From Isurus oxyrinchus (taxonomy: Eukaryota): DNA of 64,000 bases. Positions 11,985-24,739 of this stretch are shown in pieces. Numbering within the stretch: position 1 is the first letter of the stretch; every line of letters starts with the position of its first letter. The translations under genes were made by a program, and so were the position numbers. The stretch spans positions 1,860,001 to 1,924,000 of the forward strand of contig JANJGN010000052.1 of NCBI GenBank assembly GCA_026770705.1, written 5' to 3'. The notes under the pieces were generated by a model. The model saw only the letters and a list, made by a program, of their open reading frames with translations. It was not told the origin of the DNA and made no database searches.

Positions 11985-13760
11985 GTATCTCCTCCCCACT
12001 ACACCTTCCACCCCTCACACTGTCCGTGTAAACCCCCGTCCCATCTCCAGCCTCTCTTTCCCCTCCAAAGTCCTGCAACCTGTTTCCATCTCCCGAATCT
12101 GTTCCCATCTTTCCCGGAACTCCATGTTTGAATCCCTCCAATCAGGTTCCCACCCCAGCCACTGTGCTGAAACAGCTCTTATCAAGGTCACAAATGGCAT
12201 CCTGTGTGACTGTGACAAAGGTCAACTTTCCCTCCTCGTCCTTCTCGATCTGTCTGCAGCCTTTGACACGCTCGACCACACCATCCTCCTCCAACACCTC
12301 TCCACTGTGGTCCAGCTGGGTGGGACTGCTCTCCCCTGGCTCCATTCTTATCCATCTCATCGTAGCCAGAGAATCACTTGCAATGGCTTTGCAGCATCAT
12401 CTGAACAGTGTTAGTTTTCACCTGTCCACTGAGGATCCCCAGCTCTACCTCACCACCACCTCTCTCGACTCCTCCACTGCTACTAAATTATCAGGCTGCT
12501 TATCCGACATCCAGTACTGGATGGGCAGAAATTCCCTCCAATTAAATATTGGAAAGACTGAAGCCATTGTCTTCATTCCCCGCTCCAAACTCTGTTCCCT
12601 CGCTACCAACTCCATTCCTCTCCCTGGCAGCTCTCTGAGATTGAAGCCAATCTGTTCACAGCTTTGTTGTCCCATTTGATCCTGAGATGAGCTTCCGGCC
12701 TCCTATCTGCGCCCTCACTAACACCGTCTATTTCCACCTCCGTAACATCGCACGACGTCACCCTGTCTCAGCTCATCTGCTGCTGAAACCCTCATCCACG
12801 CCTTCATTACCTCCAGTCTCGACTGTTCCAACACACGCTCTACACTCCATAAACTTGAGGCCATCCAAAACTGCTGACCACGTCCTTACTCACACCAAGT
12901 CCCGTTCCCTTATCACCCGCTCTGCTCGATGACCGAGACTGGCTCCTGGTCAAGCAAAATGTCAACGTCCAAATTTTCATCTTTGTTTCCTCACTATCCC
13001 TGTAATCTTCTCGTCCTCCTCCAGTACCTACAACCATCCCATTCTCTGTAACCTCTTCAAGCCTCTACCGCTTCCCTATATCTGTAAATTCATCCTGCCC
13101 CAACAAACCTACCAATCTCTGCAACCTCCTCCAGCCACTACAACCCTCCCTATTTCTGTAACTTCCTCCTGCCCCTAAAAGCTTCCCTATCTCTGTAGCC
13201 TGCTCCAGTCCCGACAACAATCCCTGCCTCTGTAACCTGCCCCAGTCACTACAACCCTCCCTACCTCTGCAAACTCCTCCAGACCCTACACTCTCCCAAT
13301 CTCTCTTAACTTTTCCAGCCCCTACAACCCTCCCTATCACTATAACTCCTCCAATCACTACAAACCTCGCTATCTCTGTAACCTCCTCCAGCCCCTACAA
13401 CCCTCCCTATCTCTGTAACCTCCTCCAGACCCACCAACCTTCAGAGGTCTCTGCGCTCCTCCAATTCCAGCCTCTTGACCATCCCCCGATCTCAACACTC
13501 TAACATTGGTGGCCATGCCTTCAGCTGCCTGGGGACCGAGCTCCGTAATACCCTCCCTTAAGCCCTCTCCATCCCTCACACTCACTCTCTCTCTCTCACT
13601 AACCATTTCATCCCTCTTTTAAGTTTCTCCATAACACCGATCCCTTCTGGTCAGCTGTCGCTAATATCTCCACATGTGTCTGGGTGACATACTTTGTTTT
13701 ATGACGCTCCTGTGTAGCACCTTGGGGTGATTTGTCATGTTAAAGTTGTTGTGAAAATAT
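11985..13760 (+). mobile_element. L2-clade LINE 3' fragment, including a 37-bp minisatellite (~13000-13440)
   Basis: FESLQSG..HCAETALIKVTNG..LVLLDLSAAFDTLDHTILL and CLSDIQYWMGRNSLQLNIGKTE. Confidence 0.8.
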
Positions 13761-14309
13761 AAGTTGTTGCCCTTTGACCCTCGACCCCAGATTGAGTCTT
13801 ATTTTTGAGGGAATGTACAACCTGCTTAGATTTCTGACCAAAGTGTCATTTGATTATTTTTATTGAGCGAATGCCAAGCCCCGATACCGAGCGAGAGCCT
13901 CCTCATTTGCTGAGTTCAAGGTGATGAGTCAGCCCCTTAGTCCGTAGAGGGGATTCTCCTCGGTAATGTACAGCCTTGTTTGTGTCTCTCCACAAGCGCA
14001 TGAGGGATTTGTACAGAGGCTGCAGCGCTGGAGGGGGTCTGCACAGGGGTCCTGGCCTGTCCTGAGCTGGTTTTAGCAAGGACCACTCTGGCCTTGGCAG
14101 CTGAAAGCCAGCCATTGGACAGACAGGGCCTGTCACAAGGAGCCTGTTAGTCACTCCCCCCCGTGTCTCCTGTGCTCGGATCCAGACCATGTTGGCTGGT
14201 GGATCTGGCTCAGGAAGGGTCCTCCCCATGGGACCCCCAGATGGAAGGTGGGTCGAGCGGGTCAGTCACTTGCATGTTTATTCTGCAGCTTTAATATTTT
14301 AAGAAGGTA

Positions 14310-15110
14310 AGAATGTAGGAACATAAGAAATAGGGACAGGAGCAGGCCATTCGGCCCCTCCAGCCTGCCCTCGCTGATCTGGTTGTGGCCTTAACTCCAT
14401 TTTCCTGCCTGTCCCCCAAACCCTTGACTCCCTTGTCGATCAAAAACCTGCCTCACTCAGCCTTGAGTCTATTCAATGGCCCAGCCTCCACTGCTCTCTG
14501 GGGAAGAGAATTCCACAGGCTAGCGCCCCTCTGAGAGAGGAAATTCCTCCTCATCTCAGTCTTAAATGGGAGAGTCCTCATTCCGAAACTGTGCTCCCTG
14601 GTTCTAGATTCCCCCACGAGGGGGAAACATCCTCCCAGCATCCACCCTGTCAAGCCCCCTCGGAATTGGATATGTTTCAATAAGGTCACCCCTCATTCTT
14701 CTAAACTCCAATGGATACAGGCCCAACCTGCTCAACATTTCCTCACAGGACAAACCCTTTAATCCCAGGAATCAGCCCAGTGAAGCTTCTCTGAACTGCC
14801 TGTACACAATGATCCTGTTACAATCTCACTAACGCCCTGTGCAGCTGTTGCAAGACTTCCCTCCTTTTATACTCCATCCCTTTGCAATAAAGGCCAACAT
14901 TCCACTTGCCTTCCTCATTCCGTGGTGTTCCTGAATGCTGACTTTCTGTGATTCATGTACAAGGACACCCAGATCCCTCTGTACTGCATTCTGCAGCCTG
15001 TCTCCATTTAAATAATATCCTGTTTTTCTATTCTTCCTGCCAAAATAATTTGTTGCCATTCTCCTCAGTATTGACCATCCCCCCAATTCAGCCTCATCTG
15101 TAAATTTTGA
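14310..15110 (-). mobile_element. CR1 LINE 3' fragment (repeated in each array unit)
   Basis: Minus-strand SKFTDEAELGG (cf. SKFADDTKLGG), YYLNGDRLQ..VQRDLGVLVHESQK and FKTEMRRNFLSQR. Confidence 0.85.
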
Positions 15111-15164
15111 GTCTAGTGGATCCACAAACCATCCAGAGATAAATATTGAGATTTCTCTCCCCAG

Positions 15165-15533
15165 TTGGACTGTCACAAGAGTGGAAAGGTGACACTCCAC
15201 GAGAGGTGACAGCTCAGGAAGGTTCGTGTGTACAGATTCCATGTCATTACAGTTATCCATCGTGTCTGGAAAACCAACCGCGAGGTGGACTCTGGTTTAA
15301 TAATGAGAAACAGATTCCCTGGGCTCCCATTGCCTTTCACTCCAAGGATCACAGTCACGAGTTACCACGGTTCCGCCATCGGACCCGGCTGTCTGGAGAC
15401 CTGAAAGATGGCGACTGTTCCCTGATTATAAACAACATCAGACGGGAAGATGCAGGACCTTATTTTTTCAGAATAGAATTTGACAATGGTCCGAGCCATA
15501 ACTATTACCCTGTAACCCAGCTTCACGTTTCTG
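15165..15533 (+). CDS. Siglec-like V-set exon V2 (type A loop NNEKQIPWAP; Arg present)
   Basis: 369 nt, open, phase 1-1, CAG|..G|GTAAGT. Contains YFFRIE. Confidence 0.88.
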
Positions 15534-17468
15534 GTAAGTGCTGTGTTATAATTACTCAACAATTCACATTCAACACTCAATGGGAATTAACACAAACTGT
15601 GACGTTTACATATTAACACAAAACACAGTTTATTATAACACACTGTCTGATTCTCAATAACCTGGTGATAGCTTCCAGTTCAGTCCTAAAGCAATGTCTA
15701 ATACTCACTTTAATATCAATGATTAAATGTGTTGACTGTGTCTATCAATGTTATCAGTTTATCCACTCCCATCAATCTCTCAAATCCTGTCTTGAAGTCT
15801 GACATATCGACAGAAGAAAGATTTACATTTCTACAGCGCCTTTCACCACCCTAGACTTCCCACCCTAAACCTCTCCCTCTCCCTCTTCCTCTCCCTCTCT
15901 CTCTCTCTCTCTCTGTCTCTTTCTCTCTGTCTCTCCATAACACCGACCTCTTCTGGTCAGCTGTCGCTAATATCTACACGTGTCTGGGTGACATACTTTG
16001 TTTTATGACGCTCCTGTGTAGCACCTTGAGGTGATTTGTCATGTTAAAGTTGTTGTGAAAATATAAGTTGTTGCCCTTTGACTCTCGACCCCAGATCGAG
16101 TCTTATTTTTGAGGGAATGTACAACCTCCTTAGATTTCTGACCAAAATGTCATTTGATTATTTTTATTGAGCGAATGCCAAGCCCCGATACCGAGCGAGA
16201 GCCTCCTCATTTGCCGAGTTTAGGGTGATGAGTCAGCCCCTTAGTCCGTAGAGGGGATTCTCCTCGGTAATGTACAGCCTTGTTTGTGTCTCTCCACAAG
16301 CGCATGAGGGGTTTGTACAGAGGCTGCAGCGCTGGAGGGGGTCTGCACAGGGGTCCTGGCCTGTCCTGAGCCGGTTTTAGCAAGGACCACTCTGGCCTTG
16401 GCAGCTGAAAGCCAGCCATTGGACAGACAGGGCCTGTCACAAGGAGCCTGTTAGTCACTCCCCCCCGTGTCTCCTGTGCTCGGATCCAGACCATGTTGGC
16501 TGGTGGATCTGGCTCAGGAAGGGTCCTCCCCATGGGACCCCCAGATGGAAAGTGGGTCGAGCGGGTCAGTCACTTGCATGTTTATTCTGCAGCTTTAATA
16601 TTTTAAGATGGTAAGAATGTAGGAACATAAGAAATAGGGACAGGAGCAGGCCATTCAGCCCCTCCAGCCTGCTCTCGCTGATCTGGTTGTGGCCTTAACT
16701 CCATTTTCCTGCCTGTCCCCCAAACCCTTGACTCTCTTGTCGATCAAAAACCTGCCTCACTCAGCCTTGAGTCTATTCAATGGCCCAGCCTCCACTGCTC
16801 TCTGGGGAAGAGAATTCCACAGGCTAGCGCCCCTCTGAGAGAGGAAATTCCTCCTCATCTCAGTCTTAAATGGGAGAGCCCTCATTCTGAAACTGTGCTC
16901 CCTGGTTCTAGATTCCCCCACGAGGGGGAAACATCCTCCCAGCATCCACCCTGTCAAGCCCCCTCGGAATCGGATATGTTTCAATAAGGTCACCCCTCAT
17001 TCTTCTAAACTCCAATGGATACAGGCCCAACCTGCTCAACATTTCCTCACAGGACAAACCCTTTAATCCCAGGAATCAGCCCAGTGAAGCTTCTCTGAAC
17101 TGCCTGTACACAATGATCCTGTTACAATCTCACTAACGCCCTGTGCAGCTGTTGCAAGACTTCCCTCCTTTTATACTCCATCCCTTTGCAATAAAGGCCA
17201 ACATTCCACTTGCCTTCCTCATTCCGTGGTGTTCCTGAATGCTGACTTTCTGTGATTCATGTACAAGGACACCCAGATCCCTCTGTACTGCATTCTGCAG
17301 CCTGTCTCCATTTAAATAATATCCTGTTTTTCTATTCTTCCTGCCAAAATAATTTGTTGCCATTCTCCTCAGTATTGACCATCCCCCCAATTCAGCCTCA
17401 TCTGTAAATTTTGAGTCTAGTGGATCCACAAACCATCCAGAGATAAATATTGAGATTTCTCTCCCCAG

Positions 17469-17837
17469 TTGGACTGTCACAAGAGTGGAAAGGTGACACT
17501 CCACGAGAGGTGACAGCTCAGGAAGGTTCGTGTGTACAGATTCCATGTCATTACAGTTATCCATCGTGTCTGGAAAACCAACCGCGAGGTGGACTCTGGT
17601 TTAATAATGAGAAACAGATTCCCTGGGCTCCCATTGCCTTTCACTCCAAGGATCACAGTCACGAGTTACCACGGTTCCGCCATCGGACCCGGCTGTCTGG
17701 AGACCTGAAAGATGGCGACTGTTCCCTGATTATAAACAACATCAGACGGGAAGATGCAGGACCTTATTTTTTCAGAATAGAATTTGACAATGGTCCGAGC
17801 CATAACTATTACCCTGTAACCCAGCTTCACGTTTCTG
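17469..17837 (+). CDS. Siglec-like V-set exon V3 (protein identical to V2)
   Basis: 369 nt, open, canonical splice sites. Confidence 0.88.
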
Positions 17838-19774
17838 GTAAGTGCTGTGTTATAATTACTCAACAATTCACATTCAACACTCAATGGGAATTAACACAAA
17901 CTGTGACGTTTACATATTAACACAAAACACAGTTTATTATAACACACTGTCTGATTCTCAATAACCTGGTGATAGCTTCCAGTTCAGTCCTAAAGCAATG
18001 TCTAATACTCACTTTAATATCAATGATTAAATGTGTTGACTGTGTCTATCAATGTTATCAGTTTATCCACTCCCATCAATCTCTCAAATCCTGTCTTGAA
18101 GTCTGTCATATCGACAGAAGAAAGATTTACATTTCTACAGCGCCTTTCACCACCCTAGACTTCCCACCCTAAACCTCTCCCTCTCCCTCTTCCTCTCCCT
18201 CTCTCTCTCTCTCTCTCTGTCTCTTTCTCTCTGTCTCTCCATAACACCGACCTCTTCTGGCCAGCTGTCGCTAATATCTCCACATGTGTCTGGGTGACAT
18301 ACTTTGTTTTATGACGCTCCTGTGTAGCACCTTGAGGTGATTTGTCATGTTAAAGTTGTTGTGAAAATATAAGTTGTTGCCCTTTGACTCTCGACCCCAG
18401 ATCGAGTCTTATTTTTGAGGGAATGTACAACCTCCTTAGATTTCTGACCAAAATGTCATTTGATTATTTTTATTGAGCGAATGCCAAGCCCCGATACCGA
18501 GCGAGAGCCTCCTCATTTGCCGAGTTTAGGGTGATGAGTCAGCACCTTAGTCTGTAGAGGGGATTCTCCTCGGTAATGAGCAGCCTTGTTTGTGTCTCTC
18601 CACAAGCGCATGAGGGGTTTGTACAGAGGCTGCAGCGCTGGAGGGGGTCTGCACAGGGGTCCTGGCCTGTCCTGAGCCGGTTTTAGCAAGGACAACTCTG
18701 GCCTTGGCAGCTGAAAGCCAGCCATTGGACAGACGGGGCCTGTCACAAGGAGCCTGTTAGTCACTCCCCACCGTGTCTCCTGTGCACGGATCCAGACCAT
18801 GTTGGCTGGTGGATCTGGCTCAGGAAGGGTCCTCCCCATGGGACCCCCAGATGGAAGGTGGGTCGAGCGGGTCATTCACTTGCATGTTTATTCTGCTGCT
18901 TTAATATTTTAAGAAGGTAAGAATGTAGGAACATAAGAAATAGGGACAGGAGCAGGCCATTCGGCCCCTCCAGCCTGCTCTCACTGATCTGGTTGTGGCC
19001 TTAACTCCATTTTCCTGCCTGTCCCCCAAACCCTTGACTCTCTTGTCGATCAAAAACCTGCCTCACTCAGCCTTGAGTCTATTCAATGGCCCAGCCTCCA
19101 CTGCTCTCTGGGGAAGAGAATTCCACAGGCTAGCGCCCCTCTGAGAGAGGAAATTCCTCCTCATCTCAGTCTTAAATGGGGGAGCCCTCATTCCGAAACT
19201 GTGCTCCCTGGTTCTAGATTCCCCCACGAGGGGGAAACATCCTCCCAGCATCCACCCTGTCAAGCCCCCTCGGAATCGGATATGTTTCAATAAGGTCACC
19301 CCTCATTCTTCTAAACTCCAATGGATACAGGCCCAACCTGCTCAACATTTCCTCACAGGACAAACCCTTTAATCCCAGGAATCAGCCCAGTGAAGCTTCT
19401 CTGAACTGCCTGTACACAATGATCCTGTTACAATCTCACTAACGCCCTGTGTAGCTGTTGCAAGACTTCCCTCCTTTTATACTCCATCCCTTTGCAATAA
19501 AGGCCAACATTCCACTTGCCTTCCTCATTCCGTGTTGTTCCTGAATGCTGACTTTCTGTGATTCATGTACCAGGACACCCAGATCCCTCTGTACTGCATA
19601 CTGCAGCCTGTCACCATTTAAATTATATCCTGTTTTTCTATTCTTCCTGACAATATAATTTATTGCCATTCTCCTCAGTATTGACCATCCCCCCAATTCA
19701 GCCTCATCTGTAAATATCGGGTTCAGTGGATCCACAAACCATTCAGAGTTAAATATTGAGATTTCTCTCCCCAG

Positions 19775-20140
19775 CTGAACCCTCACAAGAGTGGAAAGGT
19801 GACACTCCACGAGAGGTGACAGTGCAGGAAGGTTCCTGTGTACAGATTCCATGTCATTATAGTTATCCATCATGTCTGGAAAACCAACCGCGACGTGGAG
19901 TCTGGCTTAATAATGAGGAATGGAGAACATCGTCTATAGCCTTTCACTCCAAGGATCACAGTCACGAGTTACCACGGTTCCACCATCGGACCCGGCTGTC
20001 TGGAGACCTGAAAGATGGCGACTGTTCCCTGATTATAAACAACATCACATGGGAAGATGCAGGACCTTATTTTTTCAGAATAGAATTTGACAATGGTCCG
20101 AGCCATAACTATTACCCTGTAACCCAGGTTCACGTTTCTG
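19775..20140 (+). CDS. Siglec-like V-set exon V4 (type B loop NNEEWRTSS; Arg present)
   Basis: 366 nt, open, canonical splice sites. Confidence 0.88.
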
Positions 20141-22073
20141 GTAAGTGCTGTGTTATAATTACTCAACAATTCACATTCAACACTCAATGGGAATTAACAC
20201 AAACTGTGACGTTTACATATTAACACAAAACACAGTTTATTATAACACACTGTCTGATTCTCAATAACCTGGTGATAGCTTCCAGTTCAGTCCTAAAGCA
20301 ATGTCTAATACTCACTTTAATATCAATGATTAAATGTGTTGACTGTGTCTATCAATGTTATCAGTTTATCCACTCCCATCAATCTCTCAAATCCTGTCTT
20401 GAAGTCTGACATATCGACAGAAGAAAGATTTACATTTCTACAGCGCCTTTCACCACCCTAGACTTCCCACCCTAAACCTCTCCCTCTCCCTCTTCCTCTC
20501 CCTCTCTCTCTCTCTCTCTGTCTCTTTCTCTCTGTCTCTCCATAACACCGACCTCTTCTGGTCAGCTGTCGCTAATATCTACACGTGTCTGGGTGACATA
20601 CTTTGTTTTATGACGCTCCTGTGTAGCACCTTGAGGTGATTTGTCATATTAAAGTTGTTGTGAAAATATAAGTTGTTGCCCTTTGACTCTCGACCCCAGA
20701 TCGAGTCTTATTTTTGAGGGAATGTACAACCTCCTTAGATTTCTGACCAAAATGTCATTTGATTATTTTTATTGAGCGAATGCCAAGCCCCGATACCGAG
20801 CGAGAGCCTCCTCATTTGCCGAGTTTAGGGTGATGAGTCAGCACCTTAGTCTGTAGAGGGGATTCTCCTCGGTAATGAGCAGCCTTGTTTGTGTCTCTCC
20901 ACAAGCGCATGAGGGGTTTGTACAGAGGCTGCAGCGCTGGAGGGGGTCTGCACAGGGGTCCTGGCCTGTCCTGAGCCGGTTTTAGCAAGGACAACTCTGG
21001 CCTTGGCAGCTGAAAGCCAGCCATTGGACAGACGGGGCCTGTCACAAGGAGCCTGTTAGTCACTCCCCCCCGTGTCTCCTGTGCTCGGATCCAGACCATG
21101 TTGGCTGGTGGATCTGGCTCAGGAAGGGTCCTCCCCATGGGACCCCCAGATGGAAGGTGGGTCGAGCGGGTCAGTCACTTGCATGTTTTTTCTGCAGCTT
21201 TAATATTTTAAGAAGGTAAGAATGTAGGAACATAAGAAATAGGGACAGGAGCAGGCCATTCGGCCCCTCCAGCCTGCTCTCACTGATCTGGTTGTGGCCT
21301 TAACTCCATTTTCCTGCCTGTCCCCCAAACCCTTGACTCTCTTGTCGATCAAAAACCTGCCTCACTCAGCCTTGAGTCTATTCAATGGCCCAGCCTCCAC
21401 TGCTCTCTGGGGAAGAGAATTCCACAGGCTAGCGCCCCTCTGAGAGGGGAAATTCCTCCTCATCTCAGTCTTAAATGGGAGAGCCCTCATTCCGAAACTG
21501 TGCTCCCTGGTTCTAGATTCCCCCACGAGGGGGAAACATCCTCCCAGCATCCACCCTGTCAAGCCCCCTCGGAATCGGATATGTTTCAATAAGGTCACCC
21601 CTCATTCTTCTAAACTCCAATGGATACAGGCCCAACCTGCTCAACATTTCCTCACAGGACAAACCCTTTAATCCCAGGAATCAGCCCAGTGAAGCTTCTC
21701 TGAACTGCCTGTACACAATGATCCTGTTACAATCTCACTAACGCCCTGTGCAGCTGTTGCAAGACTTCCCTCCTTTTATACTCCATCCCTTTGCAATAAA
21801 GGCCAACATTCCACTTGCCTTCCTCATTCCGTGTTGTTCCTGAATGCTGACTTTCTGTGATTCATGTACCAGGACACCCAGATCCCTCTGTACTGCATAC
21901 TGCAGCCTGTCACCATTTAAATTATATCCTGTTTTTCTATTCTTCCTGACAATATAATTTATTGCCATTCTCCTCAGTATTGACCATCCCCCCAATTCAG
22001 CCTCATCTGTAAATATCGGGTTCAGTGGATCCACAAACCATTCAGAGTTAAATATTGAGATTTCTCTCCCCAG

Positions 22074-22439
22074 CTGAACCCTCACAAGAGTGGAAAGGTG
22101 ACACTCCACGAGAGGTGACAGTGCAGGAAGGTTCCTGTGTACAGATTCCATGTCATTATAGTTATCCATCATGTCTGGAAAACCAACCGCGACGTGGAGT
22201 CTGGCTTAATAATGAGGAATGGAGAACATCGTCTATAGCCTTTCACTCCAAGGATCACAGTCACGAGTTACCACGGTTCCACCATCGGACCCGGCTGTCT
22301 GGAGACCTGAAAGATGGCGACTGTTCCCTGATTATAAACAACATCACATGGGAAGATGCAGGACCTTATTTTTTCAGAATAGAATTTGACAATGGTCCGA
22401 GCCATAACTATTACCCTGTAACCCAGGTTCACGTTTCTG
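22074..22439 (+). CDS. Siglec-like V-set exon V5 (protein identical to V4)
   Basis: 366 nt, open, canonical splice sites. Confidence 0.88.
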
Positions 22440-24373
22440 GTAAGTGCTGTGTTATAATTACTCAACAATTCACATTCAACACTCAATGGGAATTAACACA
22501 AACTGTGACGTTTACATATTAACACAAAACACAGTTTATTATAACACACTGTCTGATTCTCAATAACCTGGTGATAGCTTCCAGTTCAGTCCTAAAGCAA
22601 TGTCTAATACTCACTTTAATATCAATGATTAAATGTGTTGACTGTGTCTATCAATGTTATCAGTTTATCCACTCCCATCAATCTCTCAAATCCTGTCTTG
22701 AAGTCTGACATATCGACAGAAGAAAGATTTACATTTCTACAGCGCCTTTCACCACCCTAGACTTCCCACCCTAAACCTCTCCCTCTCCCTCTTCCTCTCC
22801 CTCTCTCTCTCTCTCTCTGTCTCTTTCTCTCTGTCTCTCCATAACACCGACCTCTTCTGGTCAGCTGTCGCTAATATCTACACGTGTCTGGGTGACATAC
22901 TTTGTTTTATGACGCTCCTGTGTAGCACCTTGAGGTGATTTGTCATATTAAAGTTGTTGTGAAAATATAAGTTGTTGCCCTTTGACTCTCGACCCCAGAT
23001 CGAGTCTTATTTTTGAGGGAATGTACAACCTCCTTAGATTTCTGACCAAAATGTCATTTGATTATTTTTATTGAGCGAATGCCAAGCCCCGATACCGAGC
23101 GAGAGCCTCCTCATTTGCCGAGTTTAGGGTGATGAGTCAGCACCTTAGTCTGTAGAGGGGATTCTCCTCGGTAATGAGCAGCCTTGTTTGTGTCTCTCCA
23201 CAAGCGCATGAGGGGTTTGTACAGAGGCTGCAGCGCTGGAGGGGGTCTGCACAGGGGTCCTGGCCTGTCCTGAGCCGGTTTTAGCAAGGACAACTCTGGC
23301 CTTGGCAGCTGAAAGCCAGCCATTGGACAGACGGGGCCTGTCACAAGGAGCCTGTTAGTCACTCCCCCCCCGTGTCTCCTGTGCTCGGATCCAGACCATG
23401 TTGGCTGGTGGATCTGGCTCAGGAAGGGTCCTCCCCATGGGACCCCCAGATGGAAGGTGGGTCGAGCGGGTCAGTCACTTGCATGTTTTTTCTGCAGCTT
23501 TAATATTTTAAGAAGGTAAGAATGTAGGAACATAAGAAATAGGGACAGGAGCAGGCCATTCGGCCCCTCCAGCCTGCTCTCACTGATCTGGTTGTGGCCT
23601 TAACTCCATTTTCCTGCCTGTCCCCCAAACCCTTGACTCTCTTGTCGATCAAAAACCTGCCTCACTCAGCCTTGAGTCTATTCAATGGCCCAGCCTCCAC
23701 TGCTCTCTGGGGAAGAGAATTCCACAGGCTAGCGCCCCTCTGAGAGGGGAAATTCCTCCTCATCTCAGTCTTAAATGGGAGAGCCCTCATTCCGAAACTG
23801 TGCTCCCTGGTTCTAGATTCCCCCACGAGGGGGAAACATCCTCCCAGCATCCACCCTGTCAAGCCCCCTCGGAATCGGATATGTTTCAATAAGGTCACCC
23901 CTCATTCTTCTAAACTCCAATGGATACAGGCCCAACCTGCTCAACATTTCCTCACAGGACAAACCCTTTAATCCCAGGAATCAGCCCAGTGAAGCTTCTC
24001 TGAACTGCCTGTACACAATGATCCTGTTACAATCTCACTAACGCCCTGTGCAGCTGTTGCAAGACTTCCCTCCTTTTATACTCCATCCCTTTGCAATAAA
24101 GGCCAACATTCCACTTGCCTTCCTCATTCCGTGTTGTTCCTGAATGCTGACTTTCTGTGATTCATGTACCAGGACACCCAGATCCCTCTGTACTGCATAC
24201 TGCAGCCTGTCACCATTTAAATTATATCCTGTTTTTCTATTCTTCCTGACAATATAATTTATTGCCATTCTCCTCAGTATTGACCATCCCCCCAATTCAG
24301 CCTCATCTGTAAATATCGGGTTCAGTGGATCCACAAACCATTCAGAGTTAAATATTGAGATTTCTCTCCCCAG

Positions 24374-24739
24374 CTGAACCCTCACAAGAGTGGAAAGGTG
24401 ACACTCCACGAGAGGTGACAGTGCAGGAAGGTTCCTGTGTACAGATTCCATGTCATTATAGTTATCCATCATGTCTGGAAAACCAACCGCGACGTGGAGT
24501 CTGGCTTAATAATGAGGAATGGAGAACATCGTCTATAGCCTTTCACTCCAAGGATCACAGTCACGAGTTACCACGGTTCCACCATCGGACCCGGCTGTCT
24601 GGAGACCTGAAAGATGGCGACTGTTCCCTGATTATAAACAACATCACATGGGAAGATGCAGGACCTTATTTTTTCAGAATAGAATTTGACAATGGTCCGA
24701 GCCATAACTATTACCCTGTAACCCAGGTTCACGTTTCTG
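24374..24739 (+). CDS. Siglec-like V-set exon V6 (protein identical to V4)
   Basis: 366 nt, open, canonical splice sites. Confidence 0.88.

Noticed and set aside
13903-14229. 108-aa minus ORF repeated in each array unit
   Set aside because: Conserved only because the units are recent duplicates; frameshifted in two units by a C-run. Possibly a decayed non-LTR fragment, not classifiable by eye.
14829-15260. 143-aa antisense ORFs overlapping the V exons
   Set aside because: Chimera of the antisense V exon and a decayed CR1 RT.
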